Assembly (NCBI GenBank): GCA_964519505.1
Contig: CAZFJX010000005.1
Location: 20,743-84,742 of the forward strand
Length of the DNA stretch: 64,000 bases
Source of the DNA: an uncultured Desulfurococcales archaeon
Lineage (GTDB): Archaea; Thermoproteota; Thermoprotei_A; Sulfolobales; CAZFJX01
Direction: 5' to 3'
Shown here piece after piece: positions 1 to 7,865 of the stretch. A program made the position numbers and the translations under genes. How positions within the stretch are numbered: the stretch's first letter is position 1; every line of letters begins with the position of its first letter. The notes below the pieces were generated by a model. The model made no database searches. It saw nothing but the letters and a program-made list of their open reading frames with translations, and was not told the DNA's origin.

Positions 1-427
1 GCCCGTAGTCCTTAACTAATCTACACCCAGCTAACACCGCAAAGTAATCGGAGCTATTGATGTTTATGTTTAAGTACTTTAGCCCCTCGGTCTCCACACC
101 CCTAAGGATGACTAAGTGATTACCATTAACTAATACCGGGGTTAGTATCTCAGCCCACGTGATCTTAACCCCGCTAACGTTGATTAACTTATCTTTAAGC
201 CTATAATCAATAAGTCCCGTAAATGGTGTTGATGCGGACCCACTATAGATTACTAATGTATTAATACCTTCAGGACTTAAGCCGTGAAGCATTACTTCGT
301 AACTACTATTAGTTAATGAGGAAACAAAGTAAGTGAATGATGAAGTAAGCACTATTATTACGGATACGTAAATCAATGTATGCTTACCTAAGACCTTTAC
401 TAAGTAAGTGATTAGGTTAAGACCCAT
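1..427 (-). CDS. Membrane protein, N-terminal part only (gene runs off the left edge); paralog of the adjacent 348-aa protein
   Basis: Not in the ORF track because it is truncated. My reverse-strand reading from ATG 427-425 gives MGLNLITYLVKVLGKHTLIYVSVIIVLTSSFTYFVSSLTNSSYEVMLHGLSPEGINTLVIYSGSASTPFTGLIDYRLKDKLINVSGVKITWAEILTPVLVNGNHLVILRGVETEGLKYLNINI... It has the same MGL start and TM-then-soluble-loop layout as its neighbour. Its start overlaps the neighbour's stop by 11 nt. Confidence 0.5.
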   Translation of the reverse strand, partial: MGLNLITYLVKVLGKHTLIYVSVIIVLTSSFTYFVSSLTNSSYEVMLHGLSPEGINTLVIYSGSASTPFTGLIDYRLKDKLINVSGVKITWAEILTPVLVNGNHLVILRGVETEGLKYLNININSSDYFAVLAGCRLVKDYG

Positions 428-1463
428 ACTTAGCTACACCTAAGGCCTTGACCGTTAATAGTGAGGAAGTAAAGACTATAGGCATCGGTAGTAAAGTAAG
501 TTCTATTAGGTCATGAATGGGTAAGGTAGGTCTTAAAATGAATGTAAGCCCAACAAACCTACTTAACCATAATGAAGTATCGACTAACAAGACCCCCAAT
601 GAAATACCGAAAAGAACTCCTACACAACCCAGTATGAGTATGGCTGTAGGTATGGTCACGTAAGGATTTATGTCTGTGAACGTAGCTACAGTCTTTAGAT
701 AAGGCATTAACTCATTGATTAACTTATGAGTAACTAAGGCAGAAATGATTAAGTACAATATTAGGAATAGGTACAGCCATACCTTAGCTATATTTAAAAT
801 ATCCCTATTTAGTGAGGAGATCATTTTACTAAACAAGCCAGACTTAGTAATTACTGTGTCCTCGACGGATTTACCTAACGCGCCATATTCATAAATAATT
901 ACATAGTAATCACAATCTCTCGGCAATTCATTAAGAACTATGGTAATGGACGAATCCAGGAAATTATTAAACTTATGTATATTGCTGATTAAGTAAATTG
1001 TTTGACCTATTCTTAAGGATTCATTGATACTTAAGTCAAGTTCCTTAGCTAGTTCCTTACCTATAGATAGCGTATTAGTACTGAATTTTAGTAACTTAGT
1101 TAATGGGTGTTTAATCCCTGACGTACCGTTGAGGTATGTTATTAATGTATGTACCTCAGTATCATTATCAAGCGATACAATCCCGTAAGCTATACCTAGC
1201 ACTAAATACCCCACACCTAAACCCTTTAATCTACTTAGGGTCTTAGAGCATTGGTCAATAACCTTACATACCTTGACCTCATAATCCTCCTTAAAAGCTA
1301 AGTTACTGGCTAGGGCTTCGCTCTCGTAGGTTACGTAATTAATTAGTAAGTAAACCACCGTGAGTATCGATGCTAGTATGAAGAATGAGGCTAATATTGA
1401 TGTAAGTAAGCCCCTCCTAATTACTAATTTAATTATTAAGGCTGTATATTCACCTAAACCCAT
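417..1463 (-). CDS. Integral membrane protein with FtsX/MacB-like permease topology (N-terminal TM, ~200-aa external domain, C-terminal TM bundle)
   Basis: 348-aa ORF. N-terminal helix LLTSILASFFILASILTVVYLL; C-terminal helices VWLYLFLILYLIISALV, ILILGCVGVLFGISLGVLLV, LLPMPIVFTSSLLTV. The call rests on topology only, and no ATPase partner is adjacent. Confidence 0.45.
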   Translation of the reverse strand: MGLGEYTALIIKLVIRRGLLTSILASFFILASILTVVYLLINYVTYESEALASNLAFKEDYEVKVCKVIDQCSKTLSRLKGLGVGYLVLGIAYGIVSLDNDTEVHTLITYLNGTSGIKHPLTKLLKFSTNTLSIGKELAKELDLSINESLRIGQTIYLISNIHKFNNFLDSSITIVLNELPRDCDYYVIIYEYGALGKSVEDTVITKSGLFSKMISSLNRDILNIAKVWLYLFLILYLIISALVTHKLINELMPYLKTVATFTDINPYVTIPTAILILGCVGVLFGISLGVLLVDTSLWLSRFVGLTFILRPTLPIHDLIELTLLPMPIVFTSSLLTVKALGVAKYGS

Positions 1464-1493
1464 TCTAGCCCATATACTTAATGGTTGGAATAA

Positions 1494-2378
1494 TTAATGA
1501 AGTTTTAACTTACGTTTAATCTCCTTAATAAGTTCTCTTAATTCATTCTCACCGTAACCTCTGCGTGCGTACAGATACCTTTCGTAACTACTTATTAAGG
1601 TGTTAATTAGTTCGTAATGCTTACGCTCTAAGTGAGGTTCTAGAGCATGTAGGATTTCCCTTAATGTTAAGTCATCACTAAACTCAACGCCATACCTACC
1701 GCATAAGGACTTTAGTATGTCTCTAATCTCCTCACCCAAACTCTTAGGTTTAGATGGCTTAGTAACTATTACCTCTTCGGTCTCTATAGATTCACGAACC
1801 TCACTAGTACTTCCACCTACATACTCACTAGTTGTCCTTAGAGCTTCCTTAACCTCACTTACGCCTCCCTTAACCCTGTATATGTAGAGTGTTCTATCCT
1901 CAAGGAGCATCTTAACAGTGACCACCTTCTCGGGCTCCCAACCAGGTATTGGGTATGTGAGTGATATGACTTTAGCACCGGGCTTAGCGTACTTCTCAAG
2001 AAGCTCCTTAACTAGGGAAACACCTTTAGAGTCTAGGAACATGTATATGACGTCTGCGTAACTAACGTACTTATACTTGAATAAATCGCCATGAGTTATT
2101 ATTACCTTACCGTCAAGACCTACCTCCTTAACCTTAGCCCTGGCCTCCTTAACTAAATCCTCATTAATCTCAACACCTATAGCTAAAGCACCCCTCCTAG
2201 CTGCCTCAATAAGTATCCTACCATCACCACAACCCAAATCACAAAAAACCATGTTAGGCTTAATTTCAGCTAACTCCATGACCTTATCAATAACCTTCTT
2301 AGGGGTGGGTACGTACGGGACTATATACATGGGGTTATCGACCTCATATACAGGCGGGGGAGGTATAAATGTCCTCAT
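1494..2378 (-). CDS. Class I SAM-dependent methyltransferase with a charged C-terminal extension
   Basis: 294-aa ORF with motif I VFCDLGCGDGRILIEAARRG, followed by GVEINEDL and a post-I/II Rossmann pattern. The C-terminal ~120 aa is helical and charged, with no family I recognise. Confidence 0.8.
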   Translation of the reverse strand: MRTFIPPPPVYEVDNPMYIVPYVPTPKKVIDKVMELAEIKPNMVFCDLGCGDGRILIEAARRGALAIGVEINEDLVKEARAKVKEVGLDGKVIITHGDLFKYKYVSYADVIYMFLDSKGVSLVKELLEKYAKPGAKVISLTYPIPGWEPEKVVTVKMLLEDRTLYIYRVKGGVSEVKEALRTTSEYVGGSTSEVRESIETEEVIVTKPSKPKSLGEEIRDILKSLCGRYGVEFSDDLTLREILHALEPHLERKHYELINTLISSYERYLYARRGYGENELRELIKEIKRKLKLH

Positions 2379-2533
2379 TTCGTGTCAAGAAACAGTAAAG
2401 TATAGGTAGCTTAAAAACTTAAGCATACGTAGGTAGGTCATTCTTAAGGAGTAACTGATGTTGGTAGGGATTGATAGCGCGACATCAAACTTAAACCTTA
2501 TATAATTAAGTATGAAGCATATAATGACCTAAA

Positions 2534-2683
2534 TTGGTGTCCTTGAAGGAGAGAGATTACGAGTTTAAGTCCTTGGTAGAGTACATTCATAGAGTAACAG
2601 GTATTGATAAGGAAACTATAATTAAGATATTGGAGGCGCAGGAAGATTATTACCTACTTAAGCTGGAGACCTTATTAACGTAA
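2534..2683 (+). CDS. Possible small protein (48-49 aa), hypothetical
   Basis: Below the ORF-track cutoff. TTG 2534 / GTG 2537 to TAA 2681-2683 reads (L)VSLKERDYEFKSLVEYIHRVTGIDKETIIKILEAQEDYYLLKLETLLT. An A/T-rich TATA-like box (ttatataattaag, ~2506-2520) lies ~25 nt upstream, as expected for a leaderless archaeal mRNA. The composition looks like a real helical protein. Confidence 0.25.
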   Translation: MVSLKERDYEFKSLVEYIHRVTGIDKETIIKILEAQEDYYLLKLETLLT

Positions 2684-2736
2684 GGCTAACATATATGCTT
2701 AATAGTTAGAAAACCTAAGTATACGAGTATGTATGT

Positions 2737-5196
2737 GTGTTAGCTTTGGAGAGAAGTAATGAGCTCACAAATATATTGAAAGTGTTAATGAATGAAGTTA
2801 ATATACAGATACTCACCGTATTAAAGACAGGTAGCCTCAATCCTAGGCAGATAGCCCGTGTTTTAAAGAGGGATGAAACCGATATTTCTAGGAAGTTAAA
2901 ACAGCTTGAGAGGGTAGGGTTAGTCACTAGTAGATGGGTTAGGCTAGGGAATAGGAATGTTAAAATATATAAGCTTAACATTGATGAGATAAGGATAAGT
3001 ATTTCTAGTAGCGGCTTAAAGGTCGAACTACGCACCGAGGATAACGTAACAACAAAGCACATATATATACTTTTAAGTAAGGTATTACGCGTTAAGATAC
3101 CTGAAGTCCCTAAGTTCATAAATAGAAGGAAAGAGTTAAGGCAAATAAACGAAAGTGGTAAGAACATCATATTAATCACAGGTATGCCAGGCATAGGTAA
3201 AACAACGTTAGTAGCTTACTACGTAAGAAACTACGTAAAAGATCCCGTATTCTGGCATAAGATAAGTGAATTCGATACGTTAGAATTAATCCTCTGGAGA
3301 TTAGCTGCCTTCCTAAATGGGCTAGGATTTAATGAACCTCTTGAATGCCTTAAGTTAAGTAATGTTGATTTAGGGGTTAAGATAAACTTATTACTCAACA
3401 TCATAGACGGTTTATCATGTGTTATTGTCTTTGATGATATACATAAATGTAAGGATAAGAGAATTCTTGAATTCATTAGGTACTTAATAGATAATTTAAG
3501 TAGCGCTAAATTAATTCTCATCTCAAGAGATAGACCTAAATTAACGCCCTTTAATAAAGAGAAAATACTGAACTTGACCCTCAAAGGATTTAATATTAAG
3601 GAGACCTATGAGTTGTTTAAGGCTAAAGGTATAGCGTTAAGGAATGAATACATTATTAGGTCCTATATGATTACGAAGGGGCATCCATTACTCTTAGTCA
3701 TACTTATAGACGCCTTACGTAGGGATAATCCTGAAGAGGTATTTAAGCACTTAATTAATGAGGACTTACCTAGCTTCTTCTGGCGTGAAATATATGAGAA
3801 GTTAAGTGATATAGAGAAATCTGTTATTAGGGTCTTAGCAGTAATTAAAGATCCACTAACACTTGATGAACTTCAAGAACTAATACCTAGAAAAGCCTTA
3901 CAACTCATCCTTTATTCACTCATTGATAAAGGCATAGTCGAGCATCAAGAAGATACCTACGTCCTTCACGATGTCATTAAGTCAATAATGCCTAACCTAA
4001 ACGTGTCTACCCAAGAGATTAATGAGTATTATGGTAGGTTAGGTAGGGCTTTATATGAGAAAGGCGGAGTTATTAATGAGTTAAAGGCCTTAAAATACTT
4101 CATTAAAGCAGGTGATGTTGATGCCGCCATTAATATACTTCGAGATAGAGTCAGGTTACAGAAGTATTCATATCTAGACTTTCTTGACTTCTATGCTAAA
4201 TTAATACATGACTTAGAGGCTATAGTGCCACCTCATTATGAGGTAGCTGAAGCTTACATAAAGTACGAGAAAAGCCTAATAGCGTTAGCTAAAGGCGACG
4301 TTGAGAAGGCCATACCGTTACTTTATGATGCTTTAAAAATATTCAAGAAGTTAGGGTTTAAGTTAGAGGTCTCCGAAACTTTATCGACTTTGGGTAGGGC
4401 ATTAACCGACGTTAAAGACTACGATAATGCATTAAAGTGCCTTAATGAAGGTATTAGACTTATTAAGGAAGTTGATGAAGAAAGTAAGATGCTTATCGAG
4501 TGGGGCCTATATGCAAACTTAGCTAAGTTATGGTCCTATGTAGGTGACTTAGATAAGGCTAAGGAGGTTGTGCTTAAGGAGTTAGAGATAGCTGAGAAGA
4601 TAGATGATTTAATGTATTATGCAACAACATTATTTCACTTAGGTAACGTATTGGAAATACGTAATGAACTCATAGAGGCTGAGAGGTATACTAAGAAGTC
4701 GTTAGAGATGTTCAAGTTAATAGGGTCTAACTATTACGTTGGGTTAAGTCACTTAGTACTTACTTACATATACTTAAAGCTAAGGAAGTTAGAGAAGGCC
4801 TTAAGACATGTGAATAAGTCTTTGGACACTTTAAGGAAATTATATGCAGGTGCATGGGTTCTTGAGGCATTAGCTCTTCGGTCATTAATATATTTTGAGT
4901 TGGGTAAGATGAAAGAAGCTGAGGCCGACAGTTTAGAGGCTATAGAGTTAGGTAAAAAGGTCAAGTACTATATGGTTGGGTATGCTAAGATAGTTTTAGG
5001 GACTATTAAGCTAACTAATGGATTGAGTAGTGAAGGGCTTAAGCTCATACGTGATGGGTATAAAGACCTTATGTACTTTAAGACTGATTTAGTGTTAATA
5101 CTTGAGTTCCTAATTAAAAATTTAAGGAGGTTAGGGTTTCAGGATGAAGCGAGGTTTTATGAATCAGTAATTAATAACCTAAATCTGACTAAGTAA
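2737..5196 (+). CDS. wHTH (ArsR-like) - STAND/NB-ARC-like P-loop NTPase - TPR repeat protein
   Basis: 819 aa, GTG start. N-terminal wHTH: ILTVLKTGSLNPRQIARVLKRDETDISRKLKQLERVGLVTSRW. Walker A ITGMPGIGKTTLVAYY; Walker B CVIVFDDIHKC; LILISRDRP; GxP-type motif ITKGHPLLLVILIDAL; winged helix EKSVIRVLAVIKDPLTLDELQELI. The C-terminal ~380 aa consists of TPR-like helical repeats (ALKYFIKAGDVDAAI, AKGDVEKAIPLLYDALKIFKKLG, DYDNALKCLNEGIRL, GDLDKAKEV...). Confidence 0.8.
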   Translation: MLALERSNELTNILKVLMNEVNIQILTVLKTGSLNPRQIARVLKRDETDISRKLKQLERVGLVTSRWVRLGNRNVKIYKLNIDEIRISISSSGLKVELRTEDNVTTKHIYILLSKVLRVKIPEVPKFINRRKELRQINESGKNIILITGMPGIGKTTLVAYYVRNYVKDPVFWHKISEFDTLELILWRLAAFLNGLGFNEPLECLKLSNVDLGVKINLLLNIIDGLSCVIVFDDIHKCKDKRILEFIRYLIDNLSSAKLILISRDRPKLTPFNKEKILNLTLKGFNIKETYELFKAKGIALRNEYIIRSYMITKGHPLLLVILIDALRRDNPEEVFKHLINEDLPSFFWREIYEKLSDIEKSVIRVLAVIKDPLTLDELQELIPRKALQLILYSLIDKGIVEHQEDTYVLHDVIKSIMPNLNVSTQEINEYYGRLGRALYEKGGVINELKALKYFIKAGDVDAAINILRDRVRLQKYSYLDFLDFYAKLIHDLEAIVPPHYEVAEAYIKYEKSLIALAKGDVEKAIPLLYDALKIFKKLGFKLEVSETLSTLGRALTDVKDYDNALKCLNEGIRLIKEVDEESKMLIEWGLYANLAKLWSYVGDLDKAKEVVLKELEIAEKIDDLMYYATTLFHLGNVLEIRNELIEAERYTKKSLEMFKLIGSNYYVGLSHLVLTYIYLKLRKLEKALRHVNKSLDTLRKLYAGAWVLEALALRSLIYFELGKMKEAEADSLEAIELGKKVKYYMVGYAKIVLGTIKLTNGLSSEGLKLIRDGYKDLMYFKTDLVLILEFLIKNLRRLGFQDEARFYESVINNLNLTK

Positions 5197-5256
5197 GAAT
5201 AATAGCCTTTAATACGTTTGAGTTAAAAATCTGAAATCATACTAAGCAAACCTTAA

Positions 5257-5646
5257 TTGAGTTCTGGAATCATGTTTCTTGGTGAGGGCATGTCTTCAGC
5301 GCTTAAGACAGTACTCTCAGACTTCACTCGTATTGAAGGCGTTAGAGGTGCTTGCATTATAAGTAAGGATGGCTTCATGGTTGAGTCCGTAATGCCTGTT
5401 GGTGGCATAGATCCTGATGCATTAGCAGCCATGATAGTCACGCTATTCGGTACTGCCGCTAGGATGGGTGAGGAGTTGAAGATGGGTAGTACTGAGTTAG
5501 TAACCATTGAGTTCATGAATAACTACGTACTTATTGAGGATCTAGGTGATGTTGTCTTTACCGTTATTGCTGAGAGGGCGGCATTACTCGGGAGAATTAG
5601 GTATGAAATGAAGAGGCAGAAGGATAGGGTAAGGGCCGCGCTTTAA
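5257..5646 (+). CDS. Roadblock/LC7 (MglB-like) domain protein
   Basis: 129 aa. IEGVRGACIISKDGFMVESVMPVGGIDPDALAAMIVTLFGTAARMGEELKMGSTELVTIEFMNNYVLIEDLGDVVFTVIAE matches the Robl_LC7 pattern. The true start may be ATG 5272 rather than TTG 5257. Confidence 0.8.
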   Translation: MSSGIMFLGEGMSSALKTVLSDFTRIEGVRGACIISKDGFMVESVMPVGGIDPDALAAMIVTLFGTAARMGEELKMGSTELVTIEFMNNYVLIEDLGDVVFTVIAERAALLGRIRYEMKRQKDRVRAAL

Positions 5647-5687
5647 GGCGAACATAAAGTCTTAAGCGTGGTGATGGGTGGTTACGC

Positions 5688-6257
5688 ATGGTTGAGGAAG
5701 TTAGTTTAGAGGAGATGACACGTAAGTACAGAGAGATTGCTGAGAAGGAAATGAGGGGTGAGAAGCCCTTAAGAGAGAGGGTTAAGGAATACACGACCAT
5801 TAACTTCCTAAACCCGCAAAGACCGTTCATGAGTAAGCAGAGTGCTGACGATACTAAATACGTAATTAACTTCAGGTTAGTTAGGTGGAGTGAGTTAGAG
5901 AGGATTGTTGGTTTAGGTGCTAGCAATACTTTATGGTATAACGCAGGTAAGAGCTTAGGTGAGTTAGCCGTTGAGAAAGGGCTTATTAAGAGTGTTGATG
6001 ACCTCATAAACTTCGTAATTAACCAGAGGATAGGCTTAGTTGATGTAATTAAGGAAAGCAGTAATAAGACTAGGATACACGTATATGAATGCATAACATG
6101 TTCAGGGATACCTAATATAGGTAGAGTAGCATGCTTCTTTGAAGGTGGGTTACTGGCTGGGGTCCTTTCTAAGTTAGTAGGTAAGTGCAGAGCTAAGGAA
6201 ACCCACTGCTGGGGTACTGGATATAGCTTCTGCGGTTTCGACATAATATTCCTTTAA
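5688..6257 (+). CDS. V4R (4-vinyl reductase-like) domain protein
   Basis: 189 aa. C-terminal Cys-rich V4R signature: YECITCSGIPNIGRVACFFEGGLLAGVLSKLVGKCRAKETHCWGTGYSFCGFDI. Confidence 0.75.
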   Translation: MVEEVSLEEMTRKYREIAEKEMRGEKPLRERVKEYTTINFLNPQRPFMSKQSADDTKYVINFRLVRWSELERIVGLGASNTLWYNAGKSLGELAVEKGLIKSVDDLINFVINQRIGLVDVIKESSNKTRIHVYECITCSGIPNIGRVACFFEGGLLAGVLSKLVGKCRAKETHCWGTGYSFCGFDIIFL

Positions 6258-6301
6258 CATCAATAACGTTGCATATCAATTAGGTTTTTGAGGCAACCAG
6301 A

Positions 6302-7012
6302 ATGGCGGTTAAAGAGGATTTGGTATCTAAGCTTATGGAGGTTTTAGACCTACTTAAGAGGCTAGATGGCGTGGATTCAGCAGTTCTCACGTATGAAGGG
6401 TTACCATTAAAAATACTTAATATGGATACTAGCGAGGCTGAGGCGTTATCAGCAATAATTTCTGAGGAGTTAGTTAGGTTAAGTAAGTACTCACATATAG
6501 GTAAGGTTAATTACGTAGTAATTAATAGGGATGGCATATCACTCTACGCTAGGATCGTAGATCCTAGGACTATGCTCATAGTGAACTGTGATTATGGGTT
6601 AATGGGCTTAATAAACAGCGTTGTTGATCAAGTAATTAACAATAAGGTAGTAAAGTGCTCTAACTGTGGATTTAACCTAACGCTTCAACCAATTAAATGC
6701 CCCAGATGCGGTAAGTCAATACCCCTCATAGCCCGCGTATGTCCGTTCTGTAAGGTATCTATAGATGCTAGGGAATGCCCCAATTGCGGTAAATTAGTAA
6801 CTCATGAAGGAACCTTAGTTAAGAAGAGTTACGCCCCGCTAGCGCTCTTTGGAGGCATAGGTGCAGGTACATTCATTGCTGACTTAATCATAGCTTACGG
6901 ATTAGGTCTTCTTGAGAGGGCAGCAAGCATATTAATACTTCCTGGAGTGATTTCAATTGCTTTAATAGGGCTAGGTATATATTTCTATAAAACCCAGTAC
7001 AGGATGTGGTAA
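6302..7012 (+). CDS. Roadblock/LC7-like domain fused to a double zinc ribbon and a C-terminal two-helix membrane anchor
   Basis: 236 aa. N-terminus: LKRLDGVDSAVLTYEGLPLKILNMDTSEAEALSAIISEELVRLS...VVINRDGISLYARIV. Four CxxC pairs: CSNCG...CPRCG...CPFCK...CPNCG. C-terminal helices: LALFGGIGAGTFIADLIIAYGLGLL and ILILPGVISIALIGLGIYFY. Confidence 0.7.
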   Translation: MAVKEDLVSKLMEVLDLLKRLDGVDSAVLTYEGLPLKILNMDTSEAEALSAIISEELVRLSKYSHIGKVNYVVINRDGISLYARIVDPRTMLIVNCDYGLMGLINSVVDQVINNKVVKCSNCGFNLTLQPIKCPRCGKSIPLIARVCPFCKVSIDARECPNCGKLVTHEGTLVKKSYAPLALFGGIGAGTFIADLIIAYGLGLLERAASILILPGVISIALIGLGIYFYKTQYRMW

Positions 7013-7079
7013 AGGGCATCCGTAGCTATTAAGTTAAAATTAAGCAAAGAAAAGCATTAATAGGGGCTAGGGAATCGCT

Positions 7080-7865
7080 ATGTTCCTAGCGAGAGGTAGA
7101 GTATTTAAGATTACTGATGCAAGGCATGAGGCCTTAGGGGAAGTTTTAAGGTATTTAATGAGGTTAAATAGTAATTTTAAGGTATCCTTTCATGACGTAA
7201 CTAGAGGTTACCTATATGAGTTACTCATGAGTAAAGACGCTATAGTTGCCTGCGCATGTAGGGATAATATAGGTAATGTATTCTTAGGTAAGGAATGCTG
7301 GGATAAAGTCATTAAGAGCAACATACTCGATATTGATGAAGGGATCATAGAGATTTACGAATTAACTGAAAGTGAGTTAGCCGTAAACTTAAGTGAATTA
7401 CCTGACTCTAAGTTACCTGAGGAGTACCCTATAATGATCCTCCCAGTAACTAAACCAACTGGGGTACCTAAGGTACGTAGAGAGGTAATTAGTGGGAGCT
7501 TAAGCGCACCTGATGATAGGTTCATTAGGAACTTCTCACTAAGTAAGGAGCTAGAAGACCCTGTTTATGTATCAAGAATACTGCTTTCATCATCACTACT
7601 TGAAACCTCAACACTAAATTCTGAGCTAATAATAGACTATCTTAGGATGCTTAATGAGAGATACCCCAATAAAACCATATATGTACTAATTAAAGATGAT
7701 GATGTAACGTCTAGAATTTTAGTAAATTATTCTTCAAGGACTATATCTCTTTACCTCTTGCTAGGTGACCGTGAATTTATGGGTTTTGAGGCGCTTAAGG
7801 AGTTAATTAAGTTAAGAAAGCAGTTAAGGGCTTACGCTTTCCTTGTACGTGAGGAAGGCCATTGA
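7080..7865 (+). CDS. Hypothetical protein; two weak PATAN/DUF4388-like repeats (tentative)
   Basis: 261 aa and last gene of the same-strand cluster. N-terminus GRVFKITDARHEALGEVLRYLMRLNSNFKVSFHDVTRGYLYELLMSKDAIVACACRD...FLGKECWDKVI and C-terminus IYVLIKDDDVTSRILVNYSSRTISLYLLLGDREFMGFEALKELI resemble the G-x-L...G-x-I-v-A...G-x-eA-l pattern. This is a pattern-level call only. Confidence 0.55.
   Translation: MFLARGRVFKITDARHEALGEVLRYLMRLNSNFKVSFHDVTRGYLYELLMSKDAIVACACRDNIGNVFLGKECWDKVIKSNILDIDEGIIEIYELTESELAVNLSELPDSKLPEEYPIMILPVTKPTGVPKVRREVISGSLSAPDDRFIRNFSLSKELEDPVYVSRILLSSSLLETSTLNSELIIDYLRMLNERYPNKTIYVLIKDDDVTSRILVNYSSRTISLYLLLGDREFMGFEALKELIKLRKQLRAYAFLVREEGH

Noticed and set aside
5597-6244. 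A 215-aa ORF antisense to the V4R gene. Similar antisense or off-frame ORFs occur throughout the track (e.g. 2715-3194, 3231-3584, 5253-5516, 12332-12592, 14110-14394, 16089-16427, 23726-24085, 29390-29704, 37271-37885, 42638-42928, 56876-57160, 60038-60295, 61799-62041).
   Set aside because: Each lies entirely inside a longer opposite-strand or other-frame ORF that has clear family motifs. Their translations are Ser/Leu/Pro/Thr-rich low-complexity sequence with no motifs. These are typical shadow ORFs.
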